Of a stretch of 64,000 nt of DNA, positions 25,660-34,565 are shown piece after piece (within the stretch, counting starts at the first letter, position 1; each line of letters begins with the position of its first letter). The translations under genes and the position numbers were made by a program. Source of the stretch: Bacillaceae bacterium (lineage in GTDB: Bacteria > Bacillota > Bacilli > JACDOE01); contig JACDOE010000010.1 of the NCBI GenBank assembly GCA_017656255.1, forward strand, positions 36,400-100,399. Reading direction: 5' to 3'. The notes below the pieces were generated by a model. The model worked only from the letters and a program-made list of their open reading frames with translations, had not been told where the DNA came from and searched no databases.

Positions 25660-26781
25660 TTAATCGGTTATACGGCTGTGACGTTTTTGAAAATCCACAC
25701 CCGGATAATATACATTTTTAACCAGAAGATTGGGGCCCAGACACTTGACTTCCGGGCAATGACAACTGAGACTCCCTGCTGTTTCAGATGCGACCCATTT
25801 TTGATAGGCCTCATGTAACGTATCCTGTTGAATGTGTCCCAGCGGGGGTTCATCACCGAAGTCCGTCACGATGATCTCACCGGTGAAAATATTGACATTT
25901 AGCCGAGAACGTCCGTCGGGATCATTGCGAACGGTGACGTTTTTTTCCTGGTGGAGTCGTTTTAACAGGTGCAGGTCTTGTTCACGGTCACTGCACGCAA
26001 AAAAGGGCAATGTTCCGAACAGTAGCCAGATGTCCGGGTGACGGTGATCCAGCAGTGTATGGATCGCCTGCCTGATTTCATCGAGAGAAAGAGTGTCCAG
26101 GTTACCGGCAAAATCGCTGGGATACATCGGATGGACCTCATGCCTCCTGCAACCCATTTCGGCGATCTGGTGATGGATCTCTTTTAAATAGGGAACCGTT
26201 CGCTTATTTAACATGGTCTCCGCCGAAATGAACACACCTGCATCCGCCAATACCTTCGCATTCTTGATCATGCGCTCAAAATAGGCGACGCGCTGCTGAT
26301 AGGACGGCTTTCGTTCCATCATGGCGAACCCGAATTCAGCAAACTCTGCTTCGGTTCCCCAGTTGTGTGAAATATGCAGCACATCCAGATACGGGATAAT
26401 CTTCTCGTAACGTTTCAGGTCCAGCGTCAGATTGGAATTGATCTGGGTACGGACACCCCGCTCGCGAGCATATTTTAACAGCGGCACCACGTATTCTTCC
26501 ACGGATTTCATGGATAGCATGGGTTCACCGCCGGTGATGCTTAAAGCCCTTAACTTCGGTACTTCTTCCAGGCGTTGAATCAAGAGATCAAGTGGAAGAG
26601 CCTCCGGATCTCTGCTCTGCAGGGTTTCACCCACGGCGCAGTGCCCGCACCGCATATTGCACAGGGTCGTCGTAGTAAATTCGACATTGGTTAATTGAAG
26701 TTGACCGTATTGTTCGACATCCAGATACGCTTCCCACGGATCAAAAGAAGGGGAAATGTGCTGTTGTTTTATTGTATTCAT
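25660..26781 (-). CDS. radical SAM / CxCxxxxC-motif protein (YfkAB-like)
   Basis: Contains the 'CNMRCGHCAVG' CxxxCxxC cluster and a C-terminal 'SCHCPEVKC' (CxCxxxxC) motif. Confidence 0.7.
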   Translation of the reverse strand: MNTIKQQHISPSFDPWEAYLDVEQYGQLQLTNVEFTTTTLCNMRCGHCAVGETLQSRDPEALPLDLLIQRLEEVPKLRALSITGGEPMLSMKSVEEYVVPLLKYARERGVRTQINSNLTLDLKRYEKIIPYLDVLHISHNWGTEAEFAEFGFAMMERKPSYQQRVAYFERMIKNAKVLADAGVFISAETMLNKRTVPYLKEIHHQIAEMGCRRHEVHPMYPSDFAGNLDTLSLDEIRQAIHTLLDHRHPDIWLLFGTLPFFACSDREQDLHLLKRLHQEKNVTVRNDPDGRSRLNVNIFTGEIIVTDFGDEPPLGHIQQDTLHEAYQKWVASETAGSLSCHCPEVKCLGPNLLVKNVYYPGVDFQKRHSRITD

Positions 26782-26864
26782 GCGTCATCACCTTTTTTAC
26801 ATGGAAATCAGGGTCAAGTCTATGATAGCGTAAAATCGTATTTTATCAATGAGTGAATTCGCTT

Positions 26865-26898
26865 TGTTACACCCATACTCGCGGGTATGTTTGTAACA
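26865..26898. repeat. REP-like palindromic intergenic element, copy 2
   Basis: 'tgttacacccatactcgcgggtatgtttgtaaca'. Confidence 0.6.
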
Positions 26899-26967
26899 GA
26901 ACTTAAGGTAAATGCAATAAAATTCCTCACCTCCATCATTGAGGTGAGGGTATTGGTGAAATCGGAT

Positions 26968-27630
26968 TTATTCCTTTCTCCGTGACAACCCGTGCATCAA
27001 AAACTGAATCGTATGCTCAATCTCCACATCATCATCCCAGTCCCTTTCAGGGAGAACCAGAAACCGGGTAATCAAATAACCGACAATCGTGGTAATCGTC
27101 ATACGTATCACAGTCTCTGGCGGCAGCTCGATGATTTCCCCTTTTTGCTGAAAATGAGAGACAATCTTTCTAAATTTGTCATAGACATGTTCCACAAAGA
27201 TGTGACGATATTGTTCCTTGATTTCAGGGTGAAAAGCCAACTCCTGCAAAAATATCTTGATCATCGGCAGGTGCTTTTTCACAAAATCAAAGCGGTTGCG
27301 AATCAGGGCCCGAATGAAATTCTCATAACTCTGGTAATCATCTTCAAACACTTTCTGGGCAAAATCCCGGGCCAAAAAAGGAGCCACCACCCGGGTCAGC
27401 ACGGGTGTGACAATGGCCATCAACAGATCCTTTTTCGTTTTGTAGTGACGAAAAATGGTTCCTTCCGCCACCCCTGCTTTTCTGGCGATCTCACTGGTGG
27501 ACGTTGCCGCATACCCTTTTTCCGAGAACATCTCGATCGCCGCTTCCAGGATCTTTACTTTTTTTTCACTCATTTTTTCCTGCTCGTCACCGGCCTGCAA
27601 CAGTTCCCGCAGCAGCTCCTGTTCGGTCAT
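26968..27630 (-). CDS. TetR/AcrR-family transcriptional regulator
   Basis: N-terminal HTH 'ILEAAIEMFSEKGYAATSTSEIARKAGVAEGTIFRHYKTKKDL'. Confidence 0.85.
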   Translation of the reverse strand: MTEQELLRELLQAGDEQEKMSEKKVKILEAAIEMFSEKGYAATSTSEIARKAGVAEGTIFRHYKTKKDLLMAIVTPVLTRVVAPFLARDFAQKVFEDDYQSYENFIRALIRNRFDFVKKHLPMIKIFLQELAFHPEIKEQYRHIFVEHVYDKFRKIVSHFQQKGEIIELPPETVIRMTITTIVGYLITRFLVLPERDWDDDVEIEHTIQFLMHGLSRRKE

Positions 27631-27650
27631 GATCCATCATCCTCTAACAT

Positions 27651-28676
27651 TTATAATCGACGGTGTTTTTTAAGAGCATAGACATTTAATATCATAAAAA
27701 ACAGAGAGAAGGCAAGCAAGATGTAGATATCGTGATCAATGAACGACCAGCCTTTTCCTCGAATCATCACTTCCCGCAGGGCATCTGCGCCATAAGTAAG
27801 CGGCATGATCACGCTTATAGACCTTAACCATTCCGCCATCGTGTCCAGATTGAACAATCCGGAAAAGAAAATCTGCGGAATCACCACCAGTGGAATAAAC
27901 TGCATCATCTGCAGTTCGTTATTGGCGAAGGCAGACAAAAGCGTCCCCAGCGTCAGCGCGGTCATCGCCAGCAAAAACGTGATTAACAGGACATATCCAA
28001 AAGAACCTGCCATCATGATGCCGAGTACCTTAATCGCAAACCAGGAAATAATACTGGCTTGAAACGTGGTGAATATACCAAACCCGAGTACGTATCCGGT
28101 GACAATCTCCCATCTTCTCAAAGGTGTGGCCAGCAGCCGTTCCAGTGTTCCGCCGGTCCGTTCACGCAGGAAAGAAACCCCGGAAATGATGAAAACAAAG
28201 AAAAAGATGAAAAAACCGATAAGCACCGGACCAAAATTGTCGAACAGGGACAAATCTTCCGCACCATACAGATACGTGACATCAGGACGAACACTTCGTT
28301 CCGATGGTTTCATGTTCTCAAACGCCTGCTGGAGAGCCTGCATCACTGCCCGATTGGCGGTCGGATCACTCCCTTCCAGTATAACAGAAGGTGTCATACC
28401 GTTCATCGTAATGAACGCATCGATTTCCTGATGGTCCATCGCCGTGTAAGCTTCCGGTTCCGTCATCCGATCCGTTTTTGCCCCTGTATCCGCCAGTTGG
28501 TCTTCAATCTGCTCCGGTACGTCCCCCACACCGATTACCGGGATATAATCCTCCCCGTTGAAGACCAGGTGCAGAAGCAAGAGAATAAACATCGGAGCTA
28601 CGATCATCAGAGCCAGTGTTCTTTTGTCCCGGAAAAACTGGCGGATAATACGGATCACAATCGCTCTCACTCTCAT
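27651..28676 (-). CDS. ABC-2 type transporter permease
   Basis: The start MRVRAIVIRIIRQFFRDKRTL at 28676 overlaps the ATPase stop by 4 nt. Six hydrophobic helices are present. Confidence 0.8.
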   Translation of the reverse strand: MRVRAIVIRIIRQFFRDKRTLALMIVAPMFILLLLHLVFNGEDYIPVIGVGDVPEQIEDQLADTGAKTDRMTEPEAYTAMDHQEIDAFITMNGMTPSVILEGSDPTANRAVMQALQQAFENMKPSERSVRPDVTYLYGAEDLSLFDNFGPVLIGFFIFFFVFIISGVSFLRERTGGTLERLLATPLRRWEIVTGYVLGFGIFTTFQASIISWFAIKVLGIMMAGSFGYVLLITFLLAMTALTLGTLLSAFANNELQMMQFIPLVVIPQIFFSGLFNLDTMAEWLRSISVIMPLTYGADALREVMIRGKGWSFIDHDIYILLAFSLFFMILNVYALKKHRRL

Positions 28677-29395
28677 TGTCTTGCACCCCCGTAATACAGA
28701 AACGCTTCTTCGAGCGTGGCGGAAGAAGAGGCTTCCTTCAGTTGATCCGGTGCTCCCATAGCAATCAGCCGTCCATCCCTTAACATACCGAGGGAATCGC
28801 ATTTTTCGGCTTCATCCATCACATGCGTGGTGACGACGATGGTGGTCCCTCTCTGACTCCACTGGTGAAGTTCTTCCCACACGGCCTGACGAAGGACGGG
28901 ATCGATTCCCACTGTCGGTTCGTCGAGAATCAGGATATCCGGTTCGTGGAGCAGGACGGCTGCCAGGGAAAGCCGTCGTTTCATACCGCCGGAAAACTGG
29001 TTGACGATTTTCTTCCGGTCCTCCGTCAAATTGACCAGTTCCAGCACTTTTTCGATCCGTTCTTGACGCTTTTTTTTGGGAAGGCCATAGACCGATGCAA
29101 AAAAGTCCAGATTCTCATAGGCGCTTAACTCGCCGTACAGGGCATCAGATTGCGCCATGAAGCCGATCCTGCCCATGGTGTTCAGATCAGGCATCACCGT
29201 ACCCAGAACGGTAATCCTTCCGGTTGAGGGCGATTCGATGCCGGCCATCATCTTGACCAGTGTTGTCTTGCCGGCACCGGAAGGGCCCAGCAGGCCGAAA
29301 ATTTCAGATCCCTTGACTGTTAGAGAGACGTCTTTTAAAACTTCTTTTTTTCCAAAGGACTTACTCACGTGATCGACCTTTATGTGAGGTTGCAA
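28673..29395 (-). CDS. ABC transporter ATP-binding protein
   Basis: Contains Walker A 'GPSGAGKTT', signature 'FSGGMKRRLS' and Walker B 'ILILDEP'. The start is uncertain: a TTG at 29395 follows GGAGAGGAG, while the longest ORF reaches 29440. Confidence 0.8.
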   Translation of the reverse strand: MQPHIKVDHVSKSFGKKEVLKDVSLTVKGSEIFGLLGPSGAGKTTLVKMMAGIESPSTGRITVLGTVMPDLNTMGRIGFMAQSDALYGELSAYENLDFFASVYGLPKKKRQERIEKVLELVNLTEDRKKIVNQFSGGMKRRLSLAAVLLHEPDILILDEPTVGIDPVLRQAVWEELHQWSQRGTTIVVTTHVMDEAEKCDSLGMLRDGRLIAMGAPDQLKEASSSATLEEAFLYYGGARQ

Positions 29396-29428
29396 GTGTA
29401 TCCGACTCCTCTCCCTGATTAAAATAGT

Positions 29429-29491
29429 GTGAGTAATCACTCATTTTTATTTTAAGGGGTAAAAGATTGTTTGTAAAGTGAGTAATCACTC
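29429..29491. promoter_or_regulatory. two copies of a 14-bp imperfect palindrome; candidate TetR operator pair
   Basis: 'gtgagtaatcactc' occurs at 29429-29442 and 29478-29491. The core GAGTaATcACTC is 10/12 self-complementary. The sites lie directly upstream of the ABC-ABC-TetR operon. Confidence 0.4.
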
Positions 29492-29531
29492 GCTTTTTTC
29501 AAAAAATGGGAGCTTTCCGATCTCCGGCAAA

Positions 29532-30035
29532 CTAATTTTCCAACAACTCAACCAGCGAAAACGATTGTTCAATTTTTTCCCCGTTTTCAACCCAGCTTAC
29601 ATCAATGTATTCATCTTTAAAAATATGTTTTAAATCCGCCACATCAAGCCCCTGATAGTCAAAAACCAGATCCCGACTCGCAACCAGATTTGTCCCTTCG
29701 CTGCCGATATCTCTGGAATAGGAGGATATAGACCGCATCCGGTCATAACCGTCGATGCTCGGTACCAGTTCCGGAATTAAAACCTCAACATCCCGAACAT
29801 CACCGGGATGTTCGATCGTGACCGTCACCCTTAACAGTCTGACATCTTCACGTTGCAAATCATCTCTCGGTCGAAACGCATTGTTAATTGCATTAAATTC
29901 CGCTTTCGTTACGGTGGTTAATTGAACGTCCGGAACCACACTGAATCCGGAATGGCAGGATGTGAGACTCAGCAATAGCATGAGCATGATCAATCCGGTG
30001 ACCCATGTATCAACCCATTTACTAAACCACTTCAT
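29532..30035 (-). CDS. lipoprotein of unknown function
   Basis: Signal peptide with lipobox 'LLLSLTSC'. The ATG at 30035 follows GGGAGGG. Confidence 0.6.
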   Translation of the reverse strand: MKWFSKWVDTWVTGLIMLMLLLSLTSCHSGFSVVPDVQLTTVTKAEFNAINNAFRPRDDLQREDVRLLRVTVTIEHPGDVRDVEVLIPELVPSIDGYDRMRSISSYSRDIGSEGTNLVASRDLVFDYQGLDVADLKHIFKDEYIDVSWVENGEKIEQSFSLVELLEN

Positions 30036-30297
30036 CGTATTCTTTCCCTCCCGAAAATGACTCACTTACCAAAATCACGAAACCCTTCCCGTCCATTTTG
30101 TCAAACCATTACCGTTCAATTATTTCCCTGTATTTTTCATTATATATTCAGATTTACTCAATAGCCATAAAAAGTGAAAACACGGCTGTTATAAAAACTT
30201 AAAACCTGCCAATCAATCTGATTGCGATTAAGAGGATTTTGCGACAAAAAATAGAAAGTAGTAAAAAAGAACGATTTTGGTCGAAAGGATTGGAACA

Positions 30298-32463
30298 ATG
30301 TCGGAAAACACGAACGAAGCTATCTTTTCTCTCGATATCGGAACCAGAAGTGTTGTCGGATTGATTCTGGAACCGGAGGACAACGGAAAAATGAAAGTGG
30401 CCGGATGTGAAGTGGTCGAACATGAGGACCGCTCCATGCTGGATGGACAGATTCACGACGTCGTCGCCGTATCTAAAGTCATTCGGCAGGTCAAGGAAAA
30501 ACTGGAGAAAAACCACGGCCCTCTTCACAAAGTAGCGGTGGCGGCAGCCGGGCGCTCCCTGAAAACCATCCGGGCCTCGGTGGAAAAAGAAATTAACGGC
30601 ATGCCGATACTAACCCGGGATGACATCCTTGCCCTGGAACTATCGGCGGTCCAGGATGCTCAGAAACAGCTGGCTGCAGAACAGGATACCCACGACCAGC
30701 ACGAATACTACTGCGTCGGCTACAGTGTGGTTCATTACTATCTGGATCATGAGGTTATCGGGAACTTAATCGATCAACGCGGCGAAACGGCAAGCGTCGA
30801 AGTCATCGCTACCTTTTTGCCCCGGGTGGTGGTCGATTCTTTGCTCGCTGCCCTGAAACGGGCCGATCTGGAAATGAACGCTCTGACTCTGGAACCGATC
30901 GCGGCCATCAATGTCCTCATCCCCTCCACCATGCGTAAATTAAATATTGCGCTGGTGGACATCGGGGCCGGCACCTCCGACATTGCCATCGCGGAACACG
31001 GCACGATTACCGCCTATGGCATGGTTCCCAGTGCCGGCGATGAAATTACAGAGGCACTCAGTGAAGCGCTGCTGCTCGACTTCACGATGGCGGAACAGCT
31101 GAAGCGGAACCTGAATGATCCGAAGCAGGAAGAATATAAAGTCACCGACATCCTCGGCTTCGAACAAACGATGAGCAAGACGGACATTCTGGATCAAATC
31201 GACGAACCGATCGACCGTCTGGCCCAATTAATCAGTGATAAAATCCTGGAATTGAACGGCAGGGCGCCCCAGGCCGTCATGTTGATCGGAGGCGGAAGCC
31301 AGATTCCCCGGCTGACAGATAAAATCGCGAAAAAAACGGGACTCTCACCGAACCGGGTGGCGGTGCGCGGTGCCGATGCCCTGCAGAATACCATTCACAA
31401 ACACCGGAAAATCAAAGGGCCTGAATTTGTCACACCGGTTGGTATCGCCGTGGCAGCGACGCTTCATCCGGTCAAATATTTGACAGTCACGGTCAATGAC
31501 AATATTCTGCGTATTTTTGACCTGAAAGAACTGACCATCGGCGATGCCCTGCTGCATGAAGGCATTGATATCAAAAAACTGCACGGACGTCCGGGATTGG
31601 CTGTAACAATCCAGGTCAACGGCAAACTTAAATTTATTCCCGGCGGGCACGGTACGCCCCCGTCCATTCTTTTGAACGGTGAACCTGCCCATCTGGATAC
31701 GCCCATTTCCGAAGGGGACAGTATCACGGTCATCAAGGGCGAAGATGGTGCGGACGCCAGCGCCAGCGTCAAGGATGTGATCGATGAATTGACGACACTC
31801 GATATCACCATCGACGGCCGTCCCTATTCCCTGGCACCTCTCATTCGGGTCAACGGGGAACCGGCCACACTGGAAACTTCACTGACAGACCGGGACGAAC
31901 TGGATATCCACCTCCCTTCCACGCTGGAAGAAGTAGTGGATGAATCGGAGCTTCTGAGCTGGGATGATATTATTGCCAGCTACACGTACCGTTTAAACGG
32001 ATCAGAAAAACAGTTGAAATGGCAAAAGGCCACGATCTATGTGAACGGAAGAAAAGCCGGACGCAAAACACCGGTCAAAACCGGTGACCGGATTACGATT
32101 GAACCGCAACCATCTGGTCAGCCGTTATTGAAAGATGTGATCCCGGCGGACCAACTTTCCGGGATGATGACACCGGTCACTTTTAACGGTGAAAAGGTGA
32201 ACATCCACGACCTGCAGTACAGCATCATCATGAACGGTGAGAAGGTCTCTCCTGATGAGCCGCTGGTTGACGGGGCGACGATCCGGATTGAACGTCATGA
32301 AGACCAGGGGCTCATTTTCAGCGATGTTTTCCGTTACGTTGAAGTGGATACCGGGCAACCGCCCGGCAAAAAAAAGCTGGTGATTCTCGTCAACGGGGAA
32401 CCCGCTGATTTAAACACCCCGATCAAGGCCGGCGATCATCTGGAAATGAGATGGGAAGCCTGA
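30298..32463 (+). CDS. FtsA/PilM-like actin-fold ATPase fused to tandem ThiS-like repeats
   Basis: The N-terminus has 'IFSLDIGTRSVVGLI', 'ALVDIGAGTSDIAI' and 'MLIGGGSQIP' (actin/HSP70-fold phosphate motifs). The C-terminal 330 aa or so hold five or more repeats of 'VNGEPxxLxTPIxxGDxIxI'. Confidence 0.65.
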   Translation: MSENTNEAIFSLDIGTRSVVGLILEPEDNGKMKVAGCEVVEHEDRSMLDGQIHDVVAVSKVIRQVKEKLEKNHGPLHKVAVAAAGRSLKTIRASVEKEINGMPILTRDDILALELSAVQDAQKQLAAEQDTHDQHEYYCVGYSVVHYYLDHEVIGNLIDQRGETASVEVIATFLPRVVVDSLLAALKRADLEMNALTLEPIAAINVLIPSTMRKLNIALVDIGAGTSDIAIAEHGTITAYGMVPSAGDEITEALSEALLLDFTMAEQLKRNLNDPKQEEYKVTDILGFEQTMSKTDILDQIDEPIDRLAQLISDKILELNGRAPQAVMLIGGGSQIPRLTDKIAKKTGLSPNRVAVRGADALQNTIHKHRKIKGPEFVTPVGIAVAATLHPVKYLTVTVNDNILRIFDLKELTIGDALLHEGIDIKKLHGRPGLAVTIQVNGKLKFIPGGHGTPPSILLNGEPAHLDTPISEGDSITVIKGEDGADASASVKDVIDELTTLDITIDGRPYSLAPLIRVNGEPATLETSLTDRDELDIHLPSTLEEVVDESELLSWDDIIASYTYRLNGSEKQLKWQKATIYVNGRKAGRKTPVKTGDRITIEPQPSGQPLLKDVIPADQLSGMMTPVTFNGEKVNIHDLQYSIIMNGEKVSPDEPLVDGATIRIERHEDQGLIFSDVFRYVEVDTGQPPGKKKLVILVNGEPADLNTPIKAGDHLEMRWEA

Positions 32464-32556
32464 ACCGGATAATATGATGACCCCAAATCGCATACAAATG
32501 AAAAAACATCCCGATCCACCTGTATGGAACGGGGTGTTTTGTTTGTCGGCTACTAT

Positions 32557-32748
32557 TTAATAACACTCAGGATAATAACGGTACAACCACCCAAGTCCCA
32601 AAAACAAGATCGAGACGACACCCAGCGTCAACATACGTTCTGATAGTGAACCGTCAGCCATCAGAACCGGCCCCAGCCCGAAGAAGGCAACCAGTAACAG
32701 GCAAAATATAAAAATGAGGTGTACGAATAACCTTTTCACTTGTATCAC
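32557..32748 (-). CDS. small two-helix membrane protein (hypothetical)
   Basis: 63-aa ORF consisting of two hydrophobic helices. No family recognised. Confidence 0.35.
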   Translation of the reverse strand: MIQVKRLFVHLIFIFCLLLVAFFGLGPVLMADGSLSERMLTLGVVSILFLGLGWLYRYYPECY

Positions 32749-32813
32749 GCTCCTGTTCTCTCATTTTATCGCAGATACAGAAGAACAGGTACAGGAAACA
32801 GATGGACCGTATG

Positions 32814-33209
32814 TCAGATTTCGATATCTTCCGGTGGCCGGTCAGACAGATACAACAAATGGCTTACACACCGGCAATCTGAAGAGCCAAATCCCCTTGC
32901 CGGCATACTCGCCCTATTTTCGTTCTTCACATGTTCACACAGGCTGCATTCTGTCCACACGTCTCCGGAAAACGTCTCCACCCGGACAATGTCCGCATGC
33001 GGTCGCAGATAATCCATGTGCCATCGCTTCTTTTTCTCTCTCTTTAGATGGCGTTCAATTCTCGCTTTAATATGCTTACGGGCACTTCCGATATAAGCAT
33101 AGAATCCGGGCGGAAAATGAAAGCTTCCCAGTTTGCCGATTTGTAGCGTTTGATCCTGTGCCACATAAAGATGCAGGACATACAACTGATGTTCCGTGTT
33201 AATATCCAT
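32814..33209 (-). CDS. GIY-YIG superfamily DUF123-like endonuclease
   Basis: Contains 'YVLHLYV...LGSFHFPPGFYAYIGSARKHIKARIERHL...KRWHMDYL', typical of the DUF123/Uri-like family. The start is uncertain (33209 or 33242). Confidence 0.6.
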   Translation of the reverse strand: MDINTEHQLYVLHLYVAQDQTLQIGKLGSFHFPPGFYAYIGSARKHIKARIERHLKREKKKRWHMDYLRPHADIVRVETFSGDVWTECSLCEHVKNENRASMPARGFGSSDCRCVSHLLYLSDRPPEDIEI

Positions 33210-33428
33210 TCCAGAACGTACTCCTTTATACCTTCCGTTCATATTATATTAACATTGAGATCTTGAGTTGAACACCATCGCTATTATGGCATCCTTTTAA
33301 TAGGTATGAATCAAAATAAAAAAATCGTATTAAAAGACAATGTTTCAGGTGTCATCCTTTTTTTATTATAAAGAAGTTTCCCTGGTTGCGACCTGATCAT
33401 CCATATTAAAATGAACCCGAGCGAAAAC

Positions 33429-33470
33429 AAAAAAAGACCCTGTTATTTTCCGGGAAATAATAAGGGTCTT
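33429..33470 (-). terminator. terminator of the FtsZ-like gene
   Basis: The minus strand reads 'GACCCTTATTATTTCCcggAAAATAACAGGGTCttttttt'. Confidence 0.6.
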
Positions 33471-33504
33471 CGATTCAATCTCGCCGTAACTTCAACGTAT
33501 GTAC

Positions 33505-34398
33505 TTATCCTCTCGGCCCCGCCTGTTCTTCCCTGTTTTTCACCATGTTCATCCAGCGGTTATTGACACATTTTTTCTTGAATAGATTCCATTTATGGCG
33601 AATTTGATATCGCTGATTGATGCGTGTTGCAACACCCTGTTCCGGAAGTGGATACGGATCTTCAATCCCGGTCACAAATAGACTCACTTTAAAGCGTTGG
33701 CCGGGTTCATCCATCGAATAGGTGCCCATCTTCAGAATGTCCGCTTTGTGAAACAGGTCATTAAGACGGAGCGTCATGTGGCGAAAGGTATTCATGTCCA
33801 CCTCACGCGCATACCCGATATTGACGATCATATTGCGCCCTTCCGCATAATCCGGGGCCAGGTAAGGTGCCGATATGGCATACTTTAAAGGTTCATTGAA
33901 AGAGTCGCCTTCGATCGTCCGGATAAAAACCGGACCGTCATCTCCTTTCAACAGCGTTTTGATATCATGGACATCGATATTGATTTCACCGGATAAACGA
34001 ACCATCTCCTCTACAATTCGCACCGGGGCTTCTTCAAGGGATTCAATGGTCTCCTGGGCCTGCTTGTACGGCACCTCCGGGTCCATCAATTCCATCATCC
34101 CGTCACTGTCAAAATAAGTGACCGCGTCGCAGATTCCCTTCATCTGGTGGTACTGCATCACAGCCGTTTCAAGTCGCTTTTTTCCTTCAAACTTGAACGG
34201 AAACCGAAAGATGCCGATCAAAAAACCCTGCGTCTCTTTCAAACGGTACAAACTTTCCACCATCTCCTCCGTTTCACCCGGATTGCCGCCACGAAACCGG
34301 AAAAAACAGATGTCATCCGGTTCTATCTGAGAGACCTGCGACATATCCTTGTTACCCACAGACTGTTTAAAAATAAAGATGCTGACCTCTTGACCCAT
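33505..34398 (-). CDS. FtsZ-derived protein lacking the N-terminal GTP-binding loops
   Basis: 'IGIFRFPFKFEGKKRLETAVMQYHQMKGICDAV' and 'INIDVHDIKTLLKGDDGPVFI...NMIVNIGYAREVDM...KVSLFVTGI' are co-linear with the FtsZ core. No GGGTGTG/T4-type loop is present. The ATG at 34398 follows AAGGGGGA. Confidence 0.6.
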   Translation of the reverse strand: MGQEVSIFIFKQSVGNKDMSQVSQIEPDDICFFRFRGGNPGETEEMVESLYRLKETQGFLIGIFRFPFKFEGKKRLETAVMQYHQMKGICDAVTYFDSDGMMELMDPEVPYKQAQETIESLEEAPVRIVEEMVRLSGEINIDVHDIKTLLKGDDGPVFIRTIEGDSFNEPLKYAISAPYLAPDYAEGRNMIVNIGYAREVDMNTFRHMTLRLNDLFHKADILKMGTYSMDEPGQRFKVSLFVTGIEDPYPLPEQGVATRINQRYQIRHKWNLFKKKCVNNRWMNMVKNREEQAGPRG

Positions 34399-34565
34399 AG
34401 CCTGTCCCCCTTGCTTTTTATTCATTATATACGGAACAGGACGTAAAGAATGTCATCCCGGGTCGATGGCGGGGTTCTAGTTTTGCAGAATTTTGATGAA
34501 ACTGATTGTAATTCCTGATATACTCTAGTAACGAATAGATAATGACATAAATTGGAGGCATTGAC

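Noticed and set aside
26992-27681. 229-aa plus-strand ORF antisense to the TetR gene. Similar long antisense ORFs occur at 45720-46562 (opposite motA), 61033-61923 (opposite OMT/MltG), 60246-60845, 58339-59070, 1131-1751 and 28059-28694
   Set aside because: All are antisense shadows of confidently identified genes. They lack RBSs and family motifs, and their composition is typical of the reverse frame of GC-balanced genes.
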